From Thermodesulfobacteriota bacterium (lineage in GTDB: Bacteria > Desulfobacterota_D > UBA1144 > Nemesobacterales > UBA2774), in NCBI GenBank assembly GCA_965216785.1, contig OZ244197.1, positions 2,912,001-2,976,000 on the forward strand: DNA of 64,000 nucleotides, in the 5' to 3' direction. The notes under the pieces are model-generated. The model worked only from the letters and a program-made list of their open reading frames with translations. It was not told the DNA's origin and ran no database searches. The position numbers were made by a program, and so were the translations under genes. Below, one piece after another: positions 34,440 to 43,510 of this stretch; position 1 is the stretch's first letter, and each line of letters starts with the position of its first letter.

Positions 34440-34742
34440 TTCTATACTATTCCTAGAGCTTAAACTACCCTAAACACATTGGGTTAAACCTAAAATATTT
34501 ATCTTGTTAGAGGACTTAGCATACCATAATCAAGTAATTCAAGTAGATATATATGACTTTAGTGCTTACAAACCCAGCTAGAACCCGCCCTTAACTATTT
34601 ATCTGGTTTGACTAAACAGGTCTCATCTCATATCTTCATAGATATAAGGTTGAGGCTTAGCAATACTATGTAAATTATTAGTGTTTCGGTCATTTCCGAA
34701 ATTGACGCATCTTTTGAGATAAACAATCATCTAAATTTGGGT

Positions 34743-35078
34743 ATGCATAACGTCATGGATTCTACCAAATGCGCTAAGGTATTAAGAGCTCTCGGAGACG
34801 ATACACGGCTTAGAATTCTTGATTTTCTTTTTAGCGGAGAGTTTTCGGTCTCGGACATTTCAGAAGGCGTAGGAATAGAATACTCACAGGTATCACATCA
34901 CCTGAGCGTACTTCGAAACGCGGGGCTCGTATCAGACAGTAAAGAGGGTAAGTTCGTCATGTATAAATTGCACCCTGTTTTTTATGATGAGAATTCAGAT
35001 AAAAAGAATGTGCTCGACTTTGAGTGCTGCAGCATAAAATTCAACAATAAGGAATTTATCAAAGACAAAAACACTTAG
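34743..35078 (+). CDS. arsR: ArsR/SmtB-family repressor with a C-terminal Cys-Cys pair (start 34743 or 34755)
   Basis: LRALGDDTRLRIL, VSHHLSVLRNAGLV HTH; LDFECC tail; upstream of arsM. Confidence 0.88.
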   Translation: MHNVMDSTKCAKVLRALGDDTRLRILDFLFSGEFSVSDISEGVGIEYSQVSHHLSVLRNAGLVSDSKEGKFVMYKLHPVFYDENSDKKNVLDFECCSIKFNNKEFIKDKNT

Positions 35079-35232
35079 TTTTACTTTACATTCGGATATT
35101 AATACAAACATCGGAATGAGTTGTTTAAATATATTTCATTAGTAGCAATGTATTGCTTAACATTTATAAGTAGCACTGACTGTACACGAATAAAAATACG
35201 CTAAGCAATCACGAACAGGAGGCAGTAATTAA

Positions 35233-36207
35233 ATGCAGAAGAATGAAAGTACAAGAGAATTTGTAAAAGACTACTACGGTAAGGCCGCAAAGGAACCTAG
35301 AGACAACCTCTGCTGTCCTACGAGCTACCCTGAAGAAGATACAAGCCATATACCCTCTGAGGTCATAGAGCGTTTCTACGGGTGCGGAAGCCCGATGAGC
35401 ATTGCGGGGATAAGCCCCGGGGAAACAGTATTAGACCTTGGCTCAGGAGCGGGAATTGACTGCTTCATAGCGGCAAAGAAAACCGGGGCGGAGGGAGAAG
35501 TAATCGGAGTTGATATGACCGATGAAATGCTTAAAGTTGCAAATAGCTCAAAAACAAAAGTCGCGGGGAACCTCGGGTACGGTAACGTAGAATTCAGGAA
35601 AGGTTTTCTTGAAGAGATTCCAGTCGAAAACAAGTCTGTTGACCTCATTACTTCTAACTGCGTGATAAACCTATCGCCTGACAAAAGGAAAGTATTTTCC
35701 GAGATGAATAGAGCACTTAAGGACCACGGAAGGATTGTGGTGTCGGATATCGTTTCAGAGCGCGAAATACCAGAGAACCTAAGAACAAACGAGGAGCTTG
35801 TCGGCCAGTGCATTGCCGGAGCGCTAACAGAAACACAGTTCCTTTCCTACCTCGAGCAAACAGGGTTTTACGGGATTGAAGTACTGAGTAAAACCTATTG
35901 GAAGAGTGTAGAGAACTTGGACTTCTATTCAATATCAGTCAGGGGCTATAAATTTGAAAAAACAGCGGGTTGTATATTTGTTGGGCAGGAGGCAGTTTAC
36001 AAAGGCCCGTACAAATACATAATTGACGAAGAGGGCCATGTATTTCCCCGAAACCAGGCTGTGGAGGTATGCACAGATACGGCAAAGAAGCTCCAGGCGA
36101 AACCGTATACCGGCGCTTTCACTATAATAGAGCCGGCAGAAAACAGCGGCGCTTCGTTCTCCTGCACACCTAACAACAGCGCTAATGGTAACGGGAGCTG
36201 CTGTTAA
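35233..36207 (+). CDS. arsM: Arsenite S-adenosylmethionine methyltransferase
   Basis: LCCP, FYGCGSP, VLDLGSGAGID, SNCVINLSPDK, GQCIAGA (the Cys set of ArsM/AS3MT) plus a C-terminal domain ending in SCC. Confidence 0.88.
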   Translation: MQKNESTREFVKDYYGKAAKEPRDNLCCPTSYPEEDTSHIPSEVIERFYGCGSPMSIAGISPGETVLDLGSGAGIDCFIAAKKTGAEGEVIGVDMTDEMLKVANSSKTKVAGNLGYGNVEFRKGFLEEIPVENKSVDLITSNCVINLSPDKRKVFSEMNRALKDHGRIVVSDIVSEREIPENLRTNEELVGQCIAGALTETQFLSYLEQTGFYGIEVLSKTYWKSVENLDFYSISVRGYKFEKTAGCIFVGQEAVYKGPYKYIIDEEGHVFPRNQAVEVCTDTAKKLQAKPYTGAFTIIEPAENSGASFSCTPNNSANGNGSCC

Positions 36208-36236
36208 TCAGTCAATAATCTACAAGGGAGGGACAT

Positions 36237-36572
36237 ATGGATTATTACGATTCAAAAGACCTTAAACGCTTCTCAGAGGTAGGTAAATTCAGTGAAGAGC
36301 TTATGAAGAAGTTCTTCGATTACTATAATGCCGTTACGGGAGAAGACGGCGCGCTGACTAAAAGAGAGAAGTCTCTGATCGCTCTTGCCGTGTCGCACGC
36401 TAAGAAATGTCCTTATTGCATCGATGCCTATACCACCCAGTGTCTTGAGACTGGGGCCGATCCCGAGCAGATGACCGAAGCTGTTCATGTTGCAGCCTCA
36501 CTTGAGGCGGGCATCACTCTCATACACGGCATTCAGATGCATAACACGCTGGAAAAAAACGGAGCGCTCTAA
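36237..36572 (+). CDS. AhpD/CMD-family protein associated with arsenosugar radical SAM clusters
   Basis: GALTKREKSLIALAV...KCPYCIDAY, EQMTEAVHVAA; between arsM and arsS. Confidence 0.85.
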   Translation: MDYYDSKDLKRFSEVGKFSEELMKKFFDYYNAVTGEDGALTKREKSLIALAVSHAKKCPYCIDAYTTQCLETGADPEQMTEAVHVAASLEAGITLIHGIQMHNTLEKNGAL

Positions 36573-36638
36573 ATCTTCGTATATAGGTTAAAAAAGCAGT
36601 ATCGGTAAAGAGACCGCTATATTCAAGGAGTATTAATA

Positions 36639-37676
36639 ATGGCTCAAGTTACAGTGCTAAAAAGAGACTACGATAGCTACGAGAAGGATAACGACAACCG
36701 CTACGATTTCCACGAAGCGCTCAGGAATAACGGAATAGAGCTAACACCCACCGAGATCGAGACTCTACAGATAAATATCACTAAACTCTGCAATCAGACA
36801 TGTCTTCATTGCCATGTTGACTCATCGCCTAAGAGAACAGAGCAAATGGACCTACCCACGGTGGATCGCTGTCTGCAGATACTGGCCCGCCACGAGTCTA
36901 TAAAGAACCTCGACATTACAGGGGGCGCTCCGGAACTAAACCCCCATTTTGATTACATGGTAAAAAGCGCGCGTGAGTTAGGTAAGCACGTAATGGTAAG
37001 ACATAACCTCACGGTTACGATTGACGGACACCCCGTCACCGGGGAGAGTAAATGCTATCTACCCAAGTTCTATGCAGCTCAAGGAGTCGAAGTAATATCA
37101 TCACTCCCCTATTACCAGGAATACTTCACCGATAAGCAGCGCGGAAAGGGAGTTTTTGAAAAGAGCATAGAGTCCATACGAATGCTTAACAATTTAGGTT
37201 ACGGGAAAAAAGATACAGGGCTTGAGCTTAATTTCGTCTATAACCCCGTAGGCGCTTTTCTGCCCGCGTCGCAAGAGACGCTCGAGGCTGATTTTAAGCG
37301 CGAGCTCTCAAAAAAATTCGGAATCGTATTCAATAAGCTTTTCACGATAACTAACATGCCGATTAACCGTTTTAAGGATCAGCTCAAACGCCTTGGCGCT
37401 TATGAAGAATATATGGAGAAGCTCGTAAACGCATTTAATCCTAGCGCGGCTGAGGGCGTTATGTGCCGCTCGCTAATAAGTATTAGCCACGACGGCAGGG
37501 TATATGACTGTGATTTCAATCAGATGATGGATCTTCAGATCCACTCAAACCATAAGCCGCTTTCCGTCTTTGATTTTGACTACGAAGAGCTCACCCGGAG
37601 AAGAATCATCTTCGGCTCTCACTGTTTCGGCTGCACGGCAGGCACCGGAAGCAGCTGCGGCGGCTCGACCGCTTAG
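36639..37676 (+). CDS. arsS: Radical SAM protein with Cys-rich C-terminus, ArsS type
   Basis: CNQTCLHCH (CxxxCxxC), DITGGAPELNP, MCR, YDCDFNQM, HCFGCTAGTGSSCGG. Confidence 0.88.
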   Translation: MAQVTVLKRDYDSYEKDNDNRYDFHEALRNNGIELTPTEIETLQINITKLCNQTCLHCHVDSSPKRTEQMDLPTVDRCLQILARHESIKNLDITGGAPELNPHFDYMVKSARELGKHVMVRHNLTVTIDGHPVTGESKCYLPKFYAAQGVEVISSLPYYQEYFTDKQRGKGVFEKSIESIRMLNNLGYGKKDTGLELNFVYNPVGAFLPASQETLEADFKRELSKKFGIVFNKLFTITNMPINRFKDQLKRLGAYEEYMEKLVNAFNPSAAEGVMCRSLISISHDGRVYDCDFNQMMDLQIHSNHKPLSVFDFDYEELTRRRIIFGSHCFGCTAGTGSSCGGSTA

Positions 37677-37717
37677 GGCAATATTCCCCGTATTGTATAA
37701 TACAAACTCACCCGATT

Positions 37718-38374
37718 ATGCCAGATAAAGCAGAAAATAATACGCTTATAATCTTCGCTAAGCTTCCCGAACCCGGAAAGGTTAAGACCCGCTTAGCCCG
37801 GGACTTGGGTGATGAGAAAGCGGCTGAGGTATATTCTGATATAGCAAGGGATATCGTTTCACGCGTCTCAAATTCCTCAATATATGAAACAGTAATATTT
37901 TACGACCCGCCCGAGAAGAAGAAGGAAATTACCCATTGGCTCAAAGACTGCGCGAATACGGATAGCGAGCACCTGCTGCCCCAGAGAGGGGGTAAGCTAG
38001 GGGATAGGATATCGGGGGCATTCGAAAGGATTTTCTCCTTGGAGAATAAGAGAGCGGTTATCATCGGTACAGACTGTACCGATGTAAGCGCCCATATGAT
38101 TGAAGAAACATTTTTAGATCTCAAAAATTTTGACGCAGTGCTTGGCCCCGCAAAGGACGGTGGGTATTATTTGCTCGGGCTTAATCAATTTGTTCCGGAG
38201 CTATTTAAAGATATAGACTGGAGCACCGATCTTGTACTCGGACAAACGCTCTCACGTCTTGATAGGTTAGGCTATAATTATAAACTGCTTGAAACTTTAA
38301 GGGATATAGACAATCTAAATGACTTAAATAGCCTCTCTTATGATTTCAAACGCAGAAAAGATAAATCCTTTTGA
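37718..38374 (+). CDS. DUF2064/TIGR04282-type transferase (CofC-like fold)
   Basis: IFAKLPEPGKVKTRL, Q.G..LGDR, IIGTDC, VLGPAKDGGYYLLG, WST, DID. Confidence 0.88.
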   Translation: MPDKAENNTLIIFAKLPEPGKVKTRLARDLGDEKAAEVYSDIARDIVSRVSNSSIYETVIFYDPPEKKKEITHWLKDCANTDSEHLLPQRGGKLGDRISGAFERIFSLENKRAVIIGTDCTDVSAHMIEETFLDLKNFDAVLGPAKDGGYYLLGLNQFVPELFKDIDWSTDLVLGQTLSRLDRLGYNYKLLETLRDIDNLNDLNSLSYDFKRRKDKSF

Positions 38375-38452
38375 CGGGTACAGTTCGCTTATCTGAAAAA
38401 ATATGTCTATTATCAGCGAAATTCACAGTTAATATTATTAGACGGAGGAGAT

Positions 38453-38971
38453 ATGAGAACTAGTATATCGATAATCGCAATCCTTATGATCTTCACTCTA
38501 ATCACTGGTGTAGCAGCAATAGAGAGCACGCGCGCCGCAAGTGATCTGCCAGAGGCTAAAAAATTCACGCTCGGCACCCTTGACGGGAAAACACAAGTAT
38601 CGCTCGAAGATTACGCCGGTAAAGCGGTAGTGATAAATTTCTGGGCTACATGGTGCGGGCCCTGCAGAGAGGAAATGCCTCTTCTTCAAAGTGAATGGGA
38701 AAAATTTCAAAATGAAGATATCGAATTCATTGGTATTGACGTGATGGACGACAAGAACCTCGCGGCGGCTCTAATTAAAGAGATGGGAATAACTTACACA
38801 AACTTGCACGACGCTAGCGGTAAGACCTCAAACGAATATGGAGTAATAGCTCTTCCCGCAACATTTTTCATAAATAAAGAAGGCTTTATCGCAATAAAGA
38901 ATTACGGCCCTTTCTTGGGAAAAGAAGGCGAAAAGAAATTCAGGCTCTATGTCGAGGAGATTAGTGAATGA
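38453..38971 (+). CDS. TlpA/ResA-family thiol-disulfide oxidoreductase
   Basis: N-terminal TM/signal, INFWATWCGPCREEMP, LPATFFI. Confidence 0.92.
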   Translation: MRTSISIIAILMIFTLITGVAAIESTRAASDLPEAKKFTLGTLDGKTQVSLEDYAGKAVVINFWATWCGPCREEMPLLQSEWEKFQNEDIEFIGIDVMDDKNLAAALIKEMGITYTNLHDASGKTSNEYGVIALPATFFINKEGFIAIKNYGPFLGKEGEKKFRLYVEEISE

Positions 38972-39723
38972 ACCCCGCTGAGCTGCAAGTTAGCTGGGTA
39001 CTCGCATTTCTCGCAGGTGTAGTGTCCTTCCTCTCACCCTGCGTCCTTCCCCTGATACCAGGTTACGTCTCCCTTGTATCAAAGATGTCCTTTGAAGAGC
39101 TTACCGACGGTGAGACACAGGGTAAGGTAAATAAAATTTTCATACCGAGCCTCCTGTTTGTAATGGGTTTTGCTTTTGTATTTGTTACCCTCGGCGCATC
39201 TGCCTCATTCATAGGCACCTTCATTCAGGAAAACAAAGTGCTCCTGCTGAAGATCTCAGGAGTGATAATAATCTTATTCGGCCTATTCACTATGGATATT
39301 ATAAAAATTCCCCAGCTCTACAGAGAGAGACGGCTCAATGTACCTCAGGGCAACATGGGACTAGTGGGGATATTTCTTTTAGGTATTGCGTTTGGATTCG
39401 GATGGACACCTTGCGTGGGACCGATACTCGCCTCCATACTCCTGTACGCGAGCACCGCGGAAGGCGCGGGGAAAGGGGCTCTGCTCCTTTTAGTATATTC
39501 GCTTGGGCTCGGGCTCCCGTTTTTACTTACGGGCCTTGCCCTATCAAAAGCGCTTAGCGCGTTCGGATGGATAAAACGTCACTACGCGCTCTACAAGATA
39601 ATAGTAGGCGGTACACTGATCGCCGTTGGGATTCTCATGCTCTCAAATAACCTTTTCTATCTGAATATCTACGGCCAAAAAGCTCTTGACTGGGCCGGAA
39701 TTGACTTCTGGAAGACCTTCTGA
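38968..39723 (+). CDS. ccdA: CcdA/DsbD-type transmembrane electron transporter
   Basis: SFLSPCVLPLIPGY and GWTPCVGPIL; ATGA overlap with the TlpA gene. Confidence 0.93.
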   Translation: MNPAELQVSWVLAFLAGVVSFLSPCVLPLIPGYVSLVSKMSFEELTDGETQGKVNKIFIPSLLFVMGFAFVFVTLGASASFIGTFIQENKVLLLKISGVIIILFGLFTMDIIKIPQLYRERRLNVPQGNMGLVGIFLLGIAFGFGWTPCVGPILASILLYASTAEGAGKGALLLLVYSLGLGLPFLLTGLALSKALSAFGWIKRHYALYKIIVGGTLIAVGILMLSNNLFYLNIYGQKALDWAGIDFWKTF

Positions 39724-39817
39724 CTAAGGGTATAATTTCCCGCAGGCTTTCATATCCTCCCAGATCCTCTTGAAACACATTCCCAAAAGCTGATATCATT
39801 GAACATAGCTCACGCAT

Positions 39818-40528
39818 ATGCCGAAAATACCACTCACACAAAATGAGGTTCATATATGGAAACTCCACTTTTCCAAAGCGAGTCATGATCCTGAGGAATT
39901 TTACAGAGATTTTCTATCGCAAGATGAAAAAGAAAGGGCCGATAGGCTCAAGTTTCAGACAGACCGAAATAACTTTCTCCTGTCGCGAGGACATTTGAGA
40001 AGTTTGCTCAGCGCCTATCTGGGCAGGGAGCCTCAAGATATTGAGCTTCGCTATGGAAGTTACGGGAAACCGTATCTGAGTAAAGACTCCAACCCCGATA
40101 ATATTAGTTTTAATCTTTCACACTCACGCGGGGCATCGTACTACGCTCTGACAAAAGATAGGGAAATAGGGATAGATATAGAGTACTTAAGGCCTGTTAG
40201 TAGAGCACAGAAGATAATAGAGCGGTTTTTTTCCGAGGAAGAAAGAGCGCACTACCGAAATCAGCCGTCGGGGAAGAAATTGGAAACGTTCTTTATGCTC
40301 TGGTGCAGAAGAGAGGCTTACACTAAAGCCTTAGGTACAGGTTTCAACCTGCCTGAGAGTAAGATCGATATATCTTTTGTAACAGGCGAAAAGAAAAATA
40401 ATATAGATTTAAGAAAAAAAGACGCCCCAGCTCTAAGTATGATAGAAATAACGGCTGAGCAGGGATACGCCGCCTCTCTTGCAGTCTTTGGGATCGATGC
40501 CGAGATTTCATACCGTGATATAGACTGA
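39818..40528 (+). CDS. Sfp-type 4'-phosphopantetheinyl transferase
   Basis: YGKP, FNLSHS, IGIDIE, W..REAY.KALG.G. Confidence 0.9.
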   Translation: MPKIPLTQNEVHIWKLHFSKASHDPEEFYRDFLSQDEKERADRLKFQTDRNNFLLSRGHLRSLLSAYLGREPQDIELRYGSYGKPYLSKDSNPDNISFNLSHSRGASYYALTKDREIGIDIEYLRPVSRAQKIIERFFSEEERAHYRNQPSGKKLETFFMLWCRREAYTKALGTGFNLPESKIDISFVTGEKKNNIDLRKKDAPALSMIEITAEQGYAASLAVFGIDAEISYRDID

Positions 40529-40639
40529 ACGGGAACGTTGATATTTAAGCTATTCTTCACACACTGGCAGCTTTCCGTTATACTATTAAACCTTTAACTA
40601 ACTCGCGGGCATTTAAAAATAAATCGGGGCCTTCGCTCA

Positions 40640-40667
40640 TTGACTAGTCATTATATGATTTTATACT
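40640..40667 (+). promoter_or_regulatory. Sigma70-type promoter overlapped by palindromes
   Basis: TTGACT-N16-TATACT; perfect palindrome TGACTAGTCA at 40641-40650 overlaps the -35. Confidence 0.5.
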
Positions 40668-40773
40668 AGTTGCCAAGCACTAACGCAAAGTCTCGAGATT
40701 TTAAATTGCGAGAAAGCTAATATAGCTAGAAAGTAAATTTTGCAAGAATGTATGATTTGGAGGTCACCTCAGC

Positions 40774-40998
40774 GTGCCATTATTTGAATACAAGTGTAAG
40801 GACTGTGAACAGCAGTTCGAGACGCTAGTCCTCAACCCCGAAGATACCGTTACGTGCACGACATGTGACGGATCAAACCTTGAGAAGCAATTCTCCCCAT
40901 TCGGAATCAAGTCTGAAGACTCCCCGGATTCTTTTGACTCTCCCGGTGCCGGTTGTGGATGTACCCCGGTTAGCTGTGGATGCGGTGTGGGACACTAG
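40774..40998 (+). CDS. FmdB-family zinc-ribbon protein with a Cys/Gly-rich tail
   Basis: MPLFEYKCKDC...CTTCDG..LEKQFS; tail GCGCTPVSCGCGVGH; GGAGG RBS. Confidence 0.88.
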   Translation: MPLFEYKCKDCEQQFETLVLNPEDTVTCTTCDGSNLEKQFSPFGIKSEDSPDSFDSPGAGCGCTPVSCGCGVGH

Positions 40999-41067
40999 AC
41001 ACACAGGTTCTGAATGAACATCACGAATCCAATTAGTATTAGAGAAAAAACGGAGGATTGTAATTGA

Positions 41068-42378
41068 ATGTCAAAATCGGCTGATAAAGATAATGATATG
41101 AAAAAGGCCGCCCTTGAATACCACAGCATCGGTAGAAAGGGAAAAATTGAGGTAGTTCCGACTAAGCCCTGTCTTACTCAATGGGACCTTTCTCTAGCTT
41201 ATTCTCCCGGCGTGGCTGAGCCCTGTAATGAGATAGAGGATAACCCTGACCTCGCATATGAATATACCAACAAAGGTAACCTTGTTGGCGTGATTTCAAA
41301 CGGTACGGCTGTATTGGGGCTTGGAAATATAGGAGCCCTCGCGGGAAAGCCTGTAATGGAAGGAAAGAGCGTTCTCTTTAAGAGGTTTGCGGGTATAGAC
41401 GCTTTTGACATTGAGATCAATACAACCGATCCGGACGAGGTAATAAAAACCGTAAAGTACCTGGAGCCAACGTTCGGAGGGATTAATCTTGAAGACATTA
41501 AAGCCCCCGAGTGTTTTTATATTGAGGAAGAGCTAAAGAAACAAACGGATATACCTGTATTTCACGACGACCAGCACGGAACTGCGATAATCTCGGGAGC
41601 TGGCCTCCTGAACGCATGCGAGCTTGTCGGCAAAGACATAAGCGAGCTCACGATGGCGTTTAACGGAGCCGGGGCTTCGGCGATTGCGTGCGCCGAGTTT
41701 TTCATCAGCCTAGGAGCTAAGAGAGAAAACATAATTATGTGCGACAGCCGCGGGGTGATTTATAAAGGCAGAAAAGAGAATATGAACCCGCAAAAACAAA
41801 GGTTTGCTGTCAAGACAAAAGCAAGAACACTTAAAGACGCAATAAAAGGCGCAGACGCGTTCGTAGGGCTCTCAAACGGCGGAGCCGTGACAAAGGGCAT
41901 GGTCAAGAGTATGGCAAAGAAACCTATAATATTTGCTATGGCTAACCCCGATCCCGAAATCTCCTACCCTGACGCCGTAGCAGCCCGAAAAGACGTAATA
42001 ATGGCAACCGGGCGCTCAGACTACCCAAATCAGGTAAACAACGTGCTTGGTTTCCCGTTTATTTTCAGAGGGGCGCTAGACGTAAGAGCAAAGGCCATTA
42101 ACGAGGAAATGAAGGTCGCCGCGGCTTACGCTCTTGCGGACCTTGCCAAGACTGGAGCCGACGAGGAAGTTGCCAGAGCATACGGCGAAAAAAGCTTTGA
42201 GTTCGGACCTGAGTTTATAGTACCCAAACCCTTTGACCCAAGAGTGCTCGTATATGAATCCGTTGCGGTAGCGGAAGCGGCCATGCAGACCGGCGTTTCT
42301 AGAATTAAAATCAACATCGAAGACTACAGATCTAAACTTGAAAGAAAGGTAGATGAAAAGCTAAAGCGTTGGGGCTGA
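41068..42378 (+). CDS. NAD(P)-dependent malic enzyme (MaeB N-terminal part, no PTA domain)
   Basis: [46 protein letters not shown]. Confidence 0.94.
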   Translation: MSKSADKDNDMKKAALEYHSIGRKGKIEVVPTKPCLTQWDLSLAYSPGVAEPCNEIEDNPDLAYEYTNKGNLVGVISNGTAVLGLGNIGALAGKPVMEGKSVLFKRFAGIDAFDIEINTTDPDEVIKTVKYLEPTFGGINLEDIKAPECFYIEEELKKQTDIPVFHDDQHGTAIISGAGLLNACELVGKDISELTMAFNGAGASAIACAEFFISLGAKRENIIMCDSRGVIYKGRKENMNPQKQRFAVKTKARTLKDAIKGADAFVGLSNGGAVTKGMVKSMAKKPIIFAMANPDPEISYPDAVAARKDVIMATGRSDYPNQVNNVLGFPFIFRGALDVRAKAINEEMKVAAAYALADLAKTGADEEVARAYGEKSFEFGPEFIVPKPFDPRVLVYESVAVAEAAMQTGVSRIKINIEDYRSKLERKVDEKLKRWG

Positions 42379-42461
42379 TGCCAAGCTCTAGCAAGTTGAA
42401 TTTAGCTTTCCATCTTTCATATTAAGACTTAATCATACATCCGTAATTCTTAGCCAAGACA

Positions 42462-43361
42462 TTGCCAGAAAATACATTTGAAACAAATAGGCGCAAAAAA
42501 CTTAGATGCGCGCTAATCTCGATTGTGGCTTCAGTTGGCCTGATCGCGCTAAAACTCACATTCGGAATTATCACAAATTCAGTCAGCATACTGGCCTCTG
42601 CGGTAGACTCATTTCTCGATCTATCAGCTTCGAGCGTCAACTACTTCTCCATCCGAAAATCCGTTAAACCCGCCGACGCCGAACACAAATTCGGTCACGG
42701 AAAAGCAGAAGGTTTGGCAGGGCTCTTCCAATGCTTTATAATCGGGGTCTCATCACTCTATCTCATATACCTATCATTTGAAAGGATATTTGACGGCGCA
42801 GAGCTAAGATCGCTCGATATCGGTATTGCCGTAATCGGATTCTCTATTGCCGTTAGCCTCATACTTGCAAGATACATTCGGAAAGTAGCGAATGAAACCG
42901 ATAGCATCGCTCTTAAAGCGGATAGCCTCCACTTCAGGGTGGACGTATATGCGAATATCGGAATCGTGATCGGTCTTATAGTCATAAAAGTGACCGGAGC
43001 CGAGCTAATCGATCCGATTATATCCCTTGCGCTTGCAGGGCTCATACTTTGGACTGCAAAAGATATAGTCGTTCAGTCTGTGGATATATTAATGGACAGA
43101 GAGCTTCCCGAGCATATAGTCGCGGATATCGAAAAAGTTATATTCAAGTACCAACCGGAAGTTAAGAGCTATCACAAGATGAGAACCCGTAACGCGGGCT
43201 CGAAAAAATTTATAGAGTTTCACCTGGTTCTGGATCACACTCTCAGCTTTGTAAGATCGCACGAGATTGCTGAGGAGATAATAAAAGAAATTGAGACAAA
43301 AATTCCAGGCTCGGAACTGACGGTTCACGTAGACCCCGATCAGCACCCCGACTACTCATAA
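42462..43361 (+). CDS. Cation diffusion facilitator (FieF/YiiP-like)
   Basis: ASAVDSFLD, KPADAEHKFGHGKAE, ADSLHFRVD, VHVDP. Confidence 0.92.
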   Translation: MPENTFETNRRKKLRCALISIVASVGLIALKLTFGIITNSVSILASAVDSFLDLSASSVNYFSIRKSVKPADAEHKFGHGKAEGLAGLFQCFIIGVSSLYLIYLSFERIFDGAELRSLDIGIAVIGFSIAVSLILARYIRKVANETDSIALKADSLHFRVDVYANIGIVIGLIVIKVTGAELIDPIISLALAGLILWTAKDIVVQSVDILMDRELPEHIVADIEKVIFKYQPEVKSYHKMRTRNAGSKKFIEFHLVLDHTLSFVRSHEIAEEIIKEIETKIPGSELTVHVDPDQHPDYS

Positions 43362-43510
43362 CCACCTGAATACCACTTATAAAAACAATTGATATAAACC
43401 CAAGGATGTTGAATACTATGGGTAAGGCCAAAGATATACCGAAACATCTGCAACCTTTGATTTAATTTAGTGGTTTATATAGTTAAAACAGTTTTGCGGG
43501 GGAGCGAGAT

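Noticed and set aside
36639-37676. Possible selenocysteine in the ArsS-type radical SAM or neighbours
   Set aside because: The GSSCGG position is TGC (Cys) and the gene ends in TAG; arsM and the AhpD gene end in TAA; no in-frame TGA read-through is needed.
40670-40760. c-di-GMP-I riboswitch-like ACGCAAAG motif upstream of the FmdB gene
   Set aside because: The GGCAAAC...GAAA-tetraloop P2 stem and closing helices are not present.
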